Assembly (NCBI GenBank): GCA_013265495.1
Contig: MU058844.1
Coordinates: 3,787,895-3,851,894 of the forward strand
DNA: 64,000 nt
Direction: 5' to 3'
Source: Vicugna vicugna
Lineage: Eukaryota
Positions 13,261 through 25,229 of the stretch are shown piece by piece. The stretch's first letter is position 1; every line of letters begins with the position of its first letter. The notes under the pieces are model-generated. The model worked only from the letters and a program-made list of their open reading frames with translations. It made no database searches and had not been told where the DNA came from. The position numbers and the translations under genes were made by a program.

Positions 13261-13559
13261 TTTTGTTTTGTTTTGTGTTTTGCTTTTTTCCCCTACAGAG
13301 AATTCTAAGGGTAAGGGAGGGACTGGGAGCACATGCTGTCTGATCAACCTGCAGAAATAATTACTCACTGTCTGTTGAGATCATATAGCCTGTGAAAATC
13401 CGCAGGGATAAACCTCTTCACTGTGAGCTCTTTTAAGAATGGGCTGTTTCTGCTGTGGATTGCTGGTGTATCCTCAGCATTTACATCAGAACCCGCACAC
13501 AGTAGGCATGTGTATTATTAGTGTGTGTGTGATATAGGAATTAAGACAATTTAGAAAAT

Positions 13560-14010
13560 ATGAAGTTTAAAAAAAACCTAGACAATCATTGCTAACAATT
13601 AGGTATTTATCTTTCTAGATCTTAAAATTTTTTTATATATTTATATATATAAATATGTATACATATATATGCACACACACGCACACACACACATATAGTT
13701 TTTTTAGTGTACATGGGATCTTATTTTTGTTATAGTTCTCTTACTCTTTTCCCCCCAACTTAATGTGTATGGGAAATCATTCCATGTCCATATTTAGAAT
13801 TCTGTAGTATTCTATTTAACAGCTGCATAGCATTCCATAGTATGAATGTCTCATAATGTTCAAATCATTTCCCTATTAGTGGAAATGTTCATTCTTACAA
13901 ACAATGCTGCCTTGTACAACCCTTGACTATAAATGTTGACACCTGTATATGTTTTTCTATAGCTCAGAGTCCTGGAAATGGAGCTGTGGCATCCAAAGTA
14001 TATGTGTGTT
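13560..14010 (-). mobile_element. Old L1ME-like fragment with (TA)n/(CA)n tract
   Basis: 'ttaacagctgcatagcattccatagtatgaatg'; microsatellite near 13635-13695. Confidence 0.6.
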
Positions 14011-14482
14011 TGAAATTTCATATAAATATCCTCAAATTTGTTATGCAGACAAAGGCCTTGTCTCATGAATTAAGGTCAGTGAGAAATACTGAAATTGGTA
14101 TGCCTTTATTTTTGAGAGGGTATTTAACATGATTCCAAATTATGAGGCCAATTGCTTTCCAATTATTTGTACACCTACTAGGTACTGTTCTCGTGTGCTG
14201 GCCTGAAAAGCTGGCAAACAGAAGCACAGCGGGGCTTCTTTCTTTTTCTTCTTTCCCCCTGTGGGGAATTCTAAGTAGAAGGAAGAGCCTGGAGCACTGT
14301 TTCTGAGCTCTCTCTATGGATTCAACTGGTTCACAGAGGAAATCTTGAAGTGTCCATTTCTTATACATGCCTATCTTACATAGTAGTACATGAAAAAGGG
14401 TGTGTGTGTGTGAACAGAAATTAATACATATTTATTATAGAAAATATTTTAAAATGCAGAAAAGTATTAAGAACATTGAAAC

Positions 14483-14977
14483 TGTGAACCAAAATACTGC
14501 AATGTGAATGAAAATACTGCAACCATTATCAGTAAACAAAGAATGCTGAAACCAAGTCATCAGCAGCGGCCCTCACCCCCCAGTGAGGACAGGCCTGCAG
14601 CCCAGCCTCTGCAGCCCCTCACAATGGTGCACCCTGAGGGGACTCAGAATAAGAAAGGACAGGATACTGGCCCTAGATAGCTAGGTGCTTGTCAAAGGAA
14701 TGAATTCAATGAGCCCAAATGTTTGCTTCCTCCCAGACATAGAAAAGCACTAAATTCTTTAACTTGAGATGCCTGTTTTTCTTTAGATAACAAGCAATCT
14801 TTTATTGTTCCAACTACCTGATCTTTGTTGTAAAGCTCCAATATATCCTAGCTCCTCCCCTACCTCTTTGGAGCAGGCCCTCAGAGCGATGGGAGAGGCT
14901 GTCATCCTGGATCGAGTCCTCCCGCCAAATAAAACATAATTCTTAACTTTTAGGCTGTGCATTTATTTCAGTCGACA
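14483..14977 (+). mobile_element. ERV1-class solo LTR (about 495 bp)
   Basis: TG...CA termini (tgtgaacc ... gtcgaca), 4-bp TSD aaac/aaat, TATA-like atatat near 14841, aataaa at 14928-14933; inserted in an old L1. Confidence 0.85.
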
Positions 14978-15339
14978 AAATCAACTACAGTTTCACGAGC
15001 CAGAGATAACCAACATTAACATGTTAGTGTATAGCTTACCAGATATATTCAGTTTTTTAAACACAACTGGGACTGTACTATAACACTGTTTTGCAATCTG
15101 TTTTACCCCTCCACTTAAAAATATATTATGAAATTTCTGCTATATTAATGTGGTGTCACTGCAGTATATAAGGAATTAAAACTTTCAGCTGACAATTTAC
15201 AAATGGATCTCTGGTGCTTCAAATTCCGTGCCCTGAATATGCAAATAACATTAATGGCTGCACTTAAGTACGGATGACCGAAGGCTGAGAATTCCCACCT
15301 GTGTGTATTTTATCTGTCACTAATTAGAATAGGTAAATC

Positions 15340-15575
15340 TTATGAAGTCCCCACTATATACTAAATGCTTTGTAAATCTCTTGACAAGTATATTATTTTA
15401 ATTGTTACGACTATCTTCAGGAGTAGGTATCATCAACATTTTGCAGAAGAGAGAACCGAGATTCAGAGAGAATAAAAAATTTGCTCAAGGGCACTTGGCC
15501 GGCAAATGGTGGGGTCTGAATTAGAATCCAGGTCTATCTGCCTGTAAAATTGCTGCTTTTCTAACAATCTTGCTG
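15340..15575 (-). mobile_element. MIR SINE
   Basis: 'attttgcagaagagagaaccgagattcagagagaataaaaaatttgctcaagg...gaatccaggtct'. Confidence 0.75.
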
Positions 15576-15735
15576 TTTTGGTCACCGATAGCATTTTCAT
15601 GTGTTGGTTTTGTACTTAAAGTCCCTGCTTTACGCTCAGTTCGTGATAAGCTTGAGTGATTTCTAAGGGAACTTAAGGAATATTCACCAGTTTTTCTAAC
15701 TACAGAACAGAGTTGAAGTACATGTGTTTGTTCCC

Positions 15736-15994
15736 TTTTCTCTTTCTTTCTTTCTTTCTTTTTTTTTTTTTACTTTTTAAAAATTGAAGTATAGTCAGTT
15801 TACAACTTTGTGTCAATTTCTGGTGTGTATACAGCACCATGCTTCAGTCATACGAAGGGAGTTTGAGATTTGCAGATACTGACTGGTATATATAAAATAA
15901 ACAAACAAGTTTATACTGTGTAGTGCAGTGAGATATATTTGATATCTTATAGTAGCTTACGGTGAAAAAGAATATGAAAACGAATATACGTATA
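15736..15994 (-). mobile_element. Young camelid-type L1 3' end with 5' inversion
   Basis: T-tract plus antisense terminal 3' UTR (15736-15853) joined to a sense copy of the adjacent upstream 3' UTR (15857-15993). Confidence 0.85.
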
Positions 15995-16224
15995 GTCTCT
16001 TTTCATTAATGGAAACAGAGCCCTTTGTGTGGAATGAGCAGAGAACTCCTGTGACACCTGAAACTAGAGCACCATCTGTTGGCCACAGAGTTCTAGGCAC
16101 CCAATACAGGAAAACTGACAAAGTTTATCATCACCATTGCTTTCTTCAACAAAGAAAATACTGTTAACAGCAATCTTGGACCTAATGCAAAGGGAAGTTA
16201 GGACTAACAGTACTAGTCCTGATT

Positions 16225-16778
16225 TTAAAAAAAATATATTGAGGTGAGATTTATATAACATAAAATTACCAGTTTAAAGGGAAGAACTCAGAGGCATTTT
16301 GTACATTCACAATGTGGTGTAACAACCACCTCTATCTAGTTCCAAATCATTTCCATCACTCCTAAGTAAAACTCATTACTCATTAAGCAGTTTTCCCTGA
16401 TACCCTCTCCTCCACAGCCCTTGGAAACCACCAACTTGCATTCTGCCTCTACGGATTTATCTATTCTGGATATTTCATATACACGGAATGACAGAGTATG
16501 TGACGTTTTGCAATGGGCTTCTTTCTCTTAGCATAATATTTTGGAGGTTCATCCATGTTGTAGCATGTATCAGTATTTCATTCCTTTTTATGACAATAAT
16601 ATACCAGTCTATGTATATATCACAACTTGTTTATCCAGTCACCTGTCAATGAACATTGGGACTGTTTCCACCTTTTGGCAATTGTGAATTGTGCTGCTGT
16701 GAATATGAGTGTCTACATACTGTTTGAGTATCTGTTTTCAATTCCTTTGGGGAAATACCTAGGAATGGAATCGCATTA
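16225..16778 (-). mobile_element. L1 (L1MB/MC-like) 3' region
   Basis: 'ggcattttgtacattcacaatgtggtgtaacaaccacc', 'ggttcatccatgttgtagcatgtatcag'. Confidence 0.88.
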
Positions 16779-16989
16779 CCCTTGATTTTAAGATGAAGAA
16801 ATGGATGAGAAGTACCTGACAGTGGAGCTAAAGTTGTTGTTTGATGCAAAGTAAAACAAATTATTTCAACAGAAGAAAAAAAGAATCATTAATGGATCTA
16901 GGAATGAACATTTTCTCATGTGTGTTTTTCAGTGATATTATCTGCCACAGTAATTAATTTAAAAGTGTCAGCATTACCTGAGGTGATTG

Positions 16990-17126
16990 TTTTAAAATGT
17001 AGCTTCGGCTCCACTGCAGTCCCCATTTTGATTTAGAGGTTTGGGTGTGGGAAGAATCTGTCGTTTTAAGAAGCTCTCTGTCATCCTGTGTGAGGGTCCC
17101 TGAAACCACACTTTGAGAAACACTGG
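16990..17126. mobile_element. MER5-type MITE fragment
   Basis: Ends 'accacactttgagaaacactg'. Confidence 0.65.
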
Positions 17127-17129
17127 TTT

Positions 17130-17295
17130 ACCACTCTCCAGCGGCAAGGCTGGGGCAAGTCAATTAACCTGAGTAAGCCTCAGGTAACACCTTTACTGTG
17201 AGAGCAACACAACATACCTTGGAGATTTGTCTTGATGATTAAATTAGAAACAGTGCCTTGGACAGTGCCAAAGTATGTCAGGTGCTTAAATGCCA
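17130..17295 (+). mobile_element. MIR fragment
   Basis: 'gggcaagtcaattaacctgagtaagcctcag'. Confidence 0.6.
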
Positions 17296-18224
17296 ACCTT
17301 TTCCTTTGTTCCTCTCAGGGGAGCTGATTTCACTCACCTGGGATTTCAGGACTGTGTGCCCTTTCACAGCAAAAATGGTCTCTGAGAACCAGAAGGGGAG
17401 TTGGAGTGTTGATCTAAGGAGTTGGTTGGCACGATGACAATGTTTTCCCCTCTGTGGCTTTCAGCAGTGAGGTGCGTGGAATTTAGCTCCCAAAATGACC
17501 CCTAGAAAGATGACTATCCTTTCTGCCACAGGAGGAATTCCCCATCACTCTGAAGGTAATCTCAGAAGCCATTATAAGATGCTTGACAAAAACTATGGAA
17601 ACACCACAGATATTTGTTTGTCTTTTACATAGCAAACTTGCAGATCCATGTTTTTAAACATGTAACATTCATGCAAAAGAAATGCAAAACTGTATCCAAG
17701 ATGTTTTTAACTCTTAGATATTCCTGTAAATTCTTGTTGGATTACAAGATCTGTGTGCCCAAGAGAAATCATATTGTCATAGCTTTGCAGATACAGTCTG
17801 AATCCCTGTGCGAGAAAATTTTAGTTCTAAGTAATTAAGGGAAGTGCTTATCTGTAACTGGCTTGACTTGGTGAACACACTTATTTTAAAAATAGAATTA
17901 TTCAAGGTTTAATAAAAATATACATTGGGGTGTGTATGCGTGTGTGGTTCTCTATATGGGTATATGTGTCTTAAAGAGCAGTAACTTTACAAATGGTAAA
18001 TAGGAAAAGCAAAATCATTAATTTAGAGAGAAAGAAAGAGCCATATACAAGAGACCATAAAGAAGACAGAATAATTAAATGCAATTTGATGTGTTATTTT
18101 TTAGACGGTCAGGGCAACAGACAAGGGACTGCTCCCAGGGACACAGCCTTGGAATGTGCTTGAACACACATGCTCCACCTTGAGCACAATGTACTGCACA
18201 TCTAGTGAGTGCAGGACACTGTGT

Positions 18225-18380
18225 TCTTTATCTTCTTTAGTTAGGACATCACTTGTCCCCAATTTACAGATGAGAAGACTGGGGCTTAGAGAGATTAACT
18301 AACATGCCCAAAGTCTACAGTTCTTTTGTGGAAGAGCTGGCATTTTATCAAGGACGTTTTGATTCTTAACCAATATATTC
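18225..18380 (-). mobile_element. MIR SINE
   Basis: 'cccaatttacagatgagaagactggggcttagagagattaactaacatgcccaaagtc'. Confidence 0.75.
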
Positions 18381-18779
18381 TCTTTTTTTGCCCTAGGGAG
18401 AAGAAAACAGCTCAGCAGTTACCCTTCTGGTGTGGAAAAAGGATCCCTCTCGTGGTTATCATCTTTGCTCTTCCTCCATGAAAAATTTGTTCAAGAGAAT
18501 CCTAGAGGTGGCGAGAGACTTGGAAGTCTTCTGGCTCAATTCTCTCATGCAATGCAAGGCTTCTTTGTCAGGGAGACTGCCACTCCCTTTAATAAGGACA
18601 GATTTGGGGAGTTGTACTACTTTACAAAGCAACCTATCAAATATTTGCAGTTACGATTATGAGGAAATACTTTATACAACTCTTGGAATGACCAGTTCGG
18701 CCCAGTAAAGCCTGAAAATCATGTATTAGTTGTTTCATTCATTAAATTGTTCATTTGTTCATTCAAAAATGCTAATTAA

Positions 18780-19990
18780 GCCAGCCGTTTTCTCATTCAG
18801 CTTTGAAATTATAGCCCTAGATAGATGTGAATGTGTTACCTCTACTGGAAACCTCACTGGGGCTACTTTATATCAAATCTGCAGGTGATTAAAACTCTTC
18901 ATCTTTTTACAACAACCATTGCTTAGTCTGGTCTCTTCCATTCTTTAACCTGCCAGTTAAGCTACTCCCCTGCGCTGAAGCATTGGATATTCAGTTTTGA
19001 CTCTTCCGTCAGTTTTCTGAATTCTGATTATCATCAAAGAAATCACTCTAATTTTCTGGTATCTGAAAAACTGGTAAGCATGCCTTCTGTGTCTTTGTTT
19101 AAATATTCATTAAAACTAGTGGATAGTAGAGGGCCCAGTTCAGATGCTGAGGCTCCATGCTGGAGATCTCCACATGTTTTGAAACCTGATGCACTACTTA
19201 ACTGGGGGGAGGATGAGTTTATTCAACAGAAATAAATTCAAATAAGCACTCATAATCCACGTGTCTTAATTTTGCCTAAAACTGTCTAAGAGAAGTGATT
19301 AAATGTCTTGCTGACATTCCTCTGAAAAAGAGGCTTGACCTTCTGGTGTGATTATCTCAAGGATTCCTTTCTTGGCCATTGAACCCAGCCATTGGCCCTG
19401 AGTCAAATTTATAGAGTCAAGTTCAGTGGCTTAAAAATGCAGCTCAGGAGAGACCCAAGTAGCCCTCATAAAGACAGAAAGGAAGTCAAACTCCCATGAC
19501 TTAACTTTTTTCTTTCTTTTTAAAAACTGAACTATAGTTGCTGTACAATATTATGTAAGTTACAGGTGTACAATATAGTGATTCACAATTTTTGAAGGTT
19601 ATTCTCCATTATAGTTATTATAAAATATTGGCTACATTCCCTGTGCTGTACAATGTATCCTTGTAGCTTATTTTATACTTAGTAGTTTGTACCCCTCACA
19701 CCCCTCCTCCTATGTAGCTCCTCCCACCTTCCCTCTTCCTGCTGGTAAACACTGGTTTGTTCTCTGTATCTGTGAGAATATTTCCTTTTTGTTAAATTCA
19801 CTAGTTTGTTGTATTTTTTAGTTTCTACAAATAAGTATATCATACAGTATTTGTCTTTCTCTGCCATCACTTTACTTTTGATCAGTCTGTTCTGGCTTCA
19901 ACTGTCCACCATGTTTGGGATATCCCACAAACCATACTTTGGTATAATCTTCTAGAATTGTCCTTGGAATACCTTACTGTCCCCAAGGCA
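18780..19990 (-). mobile_element. CR1/L3 LINE reverse-transcriptase relic (interrupted by L1)
   Basis: Minus frame 19171-19046 gives ...SELGPLLSTSFNEYLNKDTEGMLTSFSDTRKLE, resembling CR1 SVLGPVLFNIFINDLD...KFADDTKL; NVSKTFN (DFSKAFD-like) near 19300; IPRTILE (IPGKILE-like) near 19960. Confidence 0.75.
19505..19868 (-). mobile_element. L1 3' end (L1MA/artiodactyl-like)
   Basis: T-tract then 'gtacaatatagtgattcacaattttt', 'tatatcatacagtatttgtctttctctg'. Confidence 0.88.
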
Positions 19991-20194
19991 AGGTTTGCCA
20001 TTTTTTTCCTCCCCCTCCCATGCAGCTCCAAGATCCTCAACTGCTGTTGCCGGTGCTAAAGCAGTCACTGTTGAAATGCCAGTCTCCTAGAGACTAATTC
20101 CTCTGGGTCAGAAACTCAGACACATTTTGAAGAGCTCAGTGATGTTTTTATTATTTTATTAGTTCTGTTTTTGAATTTCAAGAAGTAAGAATGA

Positions 20195-21019
20195 TCTTTT
20201 GGTTCCTGGACCCAATTCCAACATGTCTGTATGGAGGCTTCCCCACAACAAGTGATTCTCAGATACCAGGTAGGTGTCCAAGAATTCAACTCAGTTCTGA
20301 CACTCTCCACTCAAAGATAACATCAGATGCCACAGGTAAAGGGCTCACTCCCACAAGACCACCCTTCACCTCAGACACCAATTGCAAGCCTAGGTTGTTA
20401 CATGTACTTCTGACCAACTGGCTATAAATCAAATTGTGACCCCCTCCTTGGATTTGATTAATTTGCTAGAATGGTTCACAGAACTCAGGAAACCCATTTA
20501 CTCTCTAGATAACCAATTTATTACAATGGATATCAAAGAATACAAATCAATAACCAGATGAAGAAATATATGGGGTAAGATCCCAAACAAGGATCTTCTG
20601 TCCTTGTGGAGCTTGGGGTCCAGCATAGTGGCATGTGGAAGTGTTCCAGTTTCCCAATTTGGAAGCTCTTCCAAACCCTATCCTTTTGGGTATTTATGGA
20701 GGTTTCATTATATAGGCATGGATGATTAAGTTATTGGCCATTGGTGATCAATTCAATCTCCAGCCCCCTCTCCCATCCCTGGAGATGTAGGGGTGGATGA
20801 GGTTGGGACTGAGAGTTTCAATCCTGTTGGATTCAACCTGGTTGGGTCTCCTGGTAATCAGACTCCATCCTTAGGTGGGCCCCCAAATCACCTCATTAAT
20901 ATAACAAAAACACCTTTATTGCTCTCAGCACTTAGGAAATTCCAAAGGTTTTAGGAGTTTTGTGCCAGAACCTGACAAAGACTTGATATGTATTTCTTAT
21001 TATGAATCTCAGTATCACA
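20195..21019 (-). mobile_element. MER21-family LTR
   Basis: 'ggtgtccaagaattcaactcagttctgacact', 'aatttgctagaatggttcacagaactcagg', 'ggaaattccaaaggttttaggag', ends 'tatcaca'. Confidence 0.85.
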
Positions 21020-21461
21020 TATGATAATATCACATATATTTAAGGGTAATAATTCTGTTCACTTTCTGTAAGTAAGAGAACCTCCCTTTTCTTTAGAAAA
21101 GTGCCCCACCCACCAAAGTTCATTCGCATTATGAAGATCAGGTCTTGGGTGATCCAATCTGGCTCTTCCTTGTATAGAACATTCCTCATGACCAGTGTAT
21201 GGACATTTGTTAAGTGGCAAAGTTATTGGGGGTAAAGTGTCAAAGGTAAAAGTTACTGGGGGAATAACTCTTTGAAGGATCAAAAATCCAAATAAGAACT
21301 CATTCTACAGGTGTCCATTTAGGCCTGATATTTTCCTGTGGTAAATTACTTATTTTGAAGTGATGGGCCCATTTCCCAAAAGGGAATATTTTACTACCTG
21401 CTCTTTCCTGGTAGCACTAATTCTGGCCCCTTCATCAGTTTAGTTGGTCTCTCACTCTACT

Positions 21462-21780
21462 CTTCATCCATTCATTCAATCATTTAAAAAATATTTATTG
21501 ATCAAAAAATTATGCCAGTTACTATTCTGTGTGTTGGGAATACAAAGTTGAACAAGACAGAGAAGGTGCTGACCTCATGGAATTGATTTCCACATGGCCA
21601 CAAAAATAAACAAGAACTTAGAGTCTGTGGTAAGCGTTTGTCTGGACAAGGCACAGAGTGCAGTGATAAAGATGAACTGGGGTGAGTGTGGGCTATTTTA
21701 GATGAAGTGGTCAAGGAAGACCTCTATAAGAAAATGAAATTTGACCTGAATTCTAAAGGGTAAACCCAGGAGCAGTGTGA
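21462..21780 (-). mobile_element. L2 3' end
   Basis: 'cattcattcaatc...atttattga...tatgccag...gtggtcaaggaagacctct'. Confidence 0.75.
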
Positions 21781-22779
21781 AAACTCAATCATTTCCATTG
21801 AAATTCAGTTTTGTGAACTCTAAGCCCTTACAAATGAAGGTTACCATGTGAGAAATGTTTACTGTAAAGAGGGGTTGGAAGGCCAAGCCCTGATTCAGCC
21901 CTAGCCAACATCCAATATCATTAAAACGAGGCCACACGTCAAGGAGGAGGCTATGATGAGAAACAAATGTTCTAGAGTGCTACTTCAAGAGCCAGGCTCT
22001 CAAAACTGGGAATTACACTCAGTGAGGCTTTTGAAGGCATGTACTGAGGCATATCCAAGAAATTAAGTCCCATTTAAATGGCACAGTTGCTTCCCAATTA
22101 TCATGGAGGTCTCTACAGACTAGTGTGTGTGTGTTTGTTCAAGGAACAAAGTTGGCCACTGACCATCTAGCTACAGACTAATTTCATCCTTTTTCTCCAA
22201 AATAACTTACTGATTTGGCTGGTAACTGGTTTATTTCTATTTATTTGTGTACATAATGTCCTAAAGACTATTCTTATAGAACCTTCTTCAGTTTCCTCCA
22301 TGCTGGCCATGTTCCATGTTCATGTGGATGCACATGACACAAACACACACACCTTTCAAAGAAGAGCACTTTCTGGAAAATGTATGCTGGTACCTGTCTA
22401 CCTTCAATGTGCTTATCTGGTATTTTCTCAAATAGGTGACTTGTATTAGTGTCTACACAAATGCAAGGCTACTGGATGCTTCCACCTAGGGCATATGGAC
22501 CCAAAGGAGCCTCAGGTTCTTGAAGGAGAGAATTTGTGGTGGGTGGTGACCAGAGCTTGGGAATATCTTACATACAGGACAATTTTTCTAAGTAGCTGCA
22601 TGCATAGCTGTCTTCATGAAGAATGTTCTGCAAATATTCTTTTTTTCCTTTGCTGCCTTTCACTTTGCAATTTTAAATCTTGCCATTAAAATATAAGTTT
22701 GAGATATATTTTTATAATACAAATTTCAAGACTTTCCATTTGTATGTATGTAATACAGCATGAAAATCCTTACAAATAT

Positions 22780-23400
22780 CTGACCACATTATTCCCACAT
22801 TAATCCAATGGTTCTCTATTGCCTTTGAGATAAAGTTCAAGATGATTAGAGTGGCATAAGTCCAGTAAGTCTGGTCTCTGTCTATGTCTTCAGACTCATC
22901 TCCTGAATCCACTCTCCTCACTCCCGGAAAAACAGTCACACTACTAAGTATCTGGTACTATGCAAATTGCTTTAAATGCATTTTCTCAACTGGTCTTCAC
23001 AACAGTTTCTCAAATTGCCATGTTATTTTACACCTCTGTGTGTTTGACCTTGGTGTTCCTTTCACCTGGAATTCCCTTCCTGCTTTGGCTGGCAAATTGC
23101 TTCTCATCCTTCAAATTCCAGCTGAAGAATTTCTTCCTCTGAGAAGCCCTCCTTACTTCCCCAGAAGGAGCTAATTGCTTCCTTGGTTCTGCTCTGATTA
23201 CAACTCATACACTCAATTCGATTTAATTCTACTCAACTAATGAGCCTTTAGTACATGCCAGGCACTGTCCTAGGCCAGATCATGACATGATGCAAGCCCT
23301 GGTCACTACCCTTAATCAACTGGCAGCCTGGTGGAGTAGATAGACATGACAATGGAATAATACTATGTGTAGTGATAAGTGCTTGAGATTTATTATCATT
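22780..23400. mobile_element. L2 fragments (sense then antisense)
   Basis: 'tgttcctttcacctggaattcccttcc' (+) and 'acatgccaggcactgtcctagg' (-). Confidence 0.6.
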
Positions 23401-23503
23401 ATGCATAGTATTATTTCATCATTAGATGACAGCTGAGTAGAATTAAGTTGAATTGAGTTAAAGATAAAAATTTTGTATTTATCAGCATTCATCAGTTAAT
23501 ATC

Positions 23504-23880
23504 TGTAGTGGGCCTCTCAAGAGTTAGTACTAACCTGTATGGATCTTGAGAGGAGGAGCTTATCCAGGATGGACAGAGAGAACCCTAAATGCAATCACAT
23601 ATGTCCTGATAAGTGGAGAGAGACACACAGAAAAGAGGAGGAAGTCATGTGACTATGGGGGCAGCAAATGGAGTCATGCAGCAACAAGACAAGTGTACCT
23701 GGAGTCATCTTAGAAGCTGAAGGAGGCATGATCCCCCTAGAGCTTCGGAAGACAGTATGGCCTTGCGCACACCTTAATTTTGGACTTTTGGCCTCCAGAA
23801 CTGTGAAAGAGTAAATGTCTATTGTTTTAAGTCACCTAGTTTTTGATAATTTGTCAAAGCAGCACTAGGAAGTTAATATA
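23504..23880 (+). mobile_element. MLT1 (MLT1B-like) solo LTR
   Basis: 'ccctaaatgcaatcacatatgtcctgataag', 'ttttggcctccagaactgtgaaagagtaaat...ttgttttaagtcacctagt'. Confidence 0.85.
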
Positions 23881-25229
23881 ATATATTCCTGCAATGTGTA
23901 CACAGGAAACCACCATGGGCAGAATAAAATACTTCTGCAAATACCTAATGTTTATTTGGCATAGCTTCTCTTGGGTTTAGCTTTGCAAAATCTTCCTGGG
24001 GTTATGTTTTTCCAGTTGCCATGGAGCCAATTCACTTGTAAAGGCAACTTGGGGCTGGGCCTGAGGAAACAATTGAAGAATTAAATGACTGTACTTGGTC
24101 TCCAGGGACAAAAGGGGATGCCAGACCAACTTGTAATTTGGAATATTAACGTGCATTTTTTGTGTGCTTCCTCCTCCCTCTGTTATTATTCTTTCCGCTT
24201 CAACCTCTTGGAATCTGTCTTTCCCAGTGTAAGTCAGAGTCCATCGTATCATGATGCAGTTTGGTCTGGTTTGGTTGTGTAAGAAAGTAATAGTAACGGC
24301 ATCTGTTTAGGCAAACCTATCATCATTTATACCTGAGGCAGGGTGGGGGGAAATCAGAAGACCAAAGGATTAGGCATCATATAGATTAAATTTGGTTGAT
24401 AAATAAGTTCTGCAGTGAAGGGGGGGTGGTATTTGAAATGTGAGAATGTGAGACAGAAGTGAATAGATTTTCAGGATCTGGTTTAGTGGGGTTTAGTAAG
24501 CTTTGCAAACTTTAGAAGATATACAGGAAACACATTATATGACTCAACCTCTTGGATATTTTTAGGTGTAAAGAGGTAACTATTCTTAGTGAATAGGGAA
24601 CTTTAGCAAAATAAGGCTGAAAATGGTAAGAAGAAAAACCTAGAAAGTTTCTAGAAATGTTACTTCTGCCAATAACTCAACTGGAAAGAATCCTTATTAG
24701 CCTGTGGCTATAAATGCTTATGTTTGTTTTTAAAACTCAAGTTACGTTGCTTCAAATCCCTCTTAAAAATGTCAAGATTGCTTGCCTTATGTTAGGGCCA
24801 CTCAAAGGATTCTCAGTATTTATGGGTACCCAAAGGGGTGCCTCTCAATGGCCCACAAGTTAAGTTGTCCACTGCAGTCATCTCATTGGTCTTTTTAGTT
24901 CTTCCTCTTCTGATCAGGCTCCCATTTGTTCATATCCTCTGCCCAAGAGGTTGAGTGGAGATGACTTTTAAAACTGCTGTATCTTGATAAGCCAAAATAT
25001 TTCTATTTATTTTAAAGACATTTCCAAGTACATCAATACATGCAAATAGCCCCTGGGGGTAAGGTAAGGAAAGCAGGCAAAGAGAGAGTGAGGAAGAAAT
25101 AAAGATTGCATACACGTGCTGTGCCTGGACCCTAGATCTACCAGCCCTAAACGACAGCTGTAATAATTTATTGCAATCATGATGCTACACCCGTATTAAT
25201 GTGAACTTTTCCTATCTGAGGAAGAAACT

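Noticed and set aside
18398..18708. Open frame after an AG acceptor
   Set aside because: No matching donor or known protein; lies between a MIR and the CR1/L3 relic and is probably repeat-derived.
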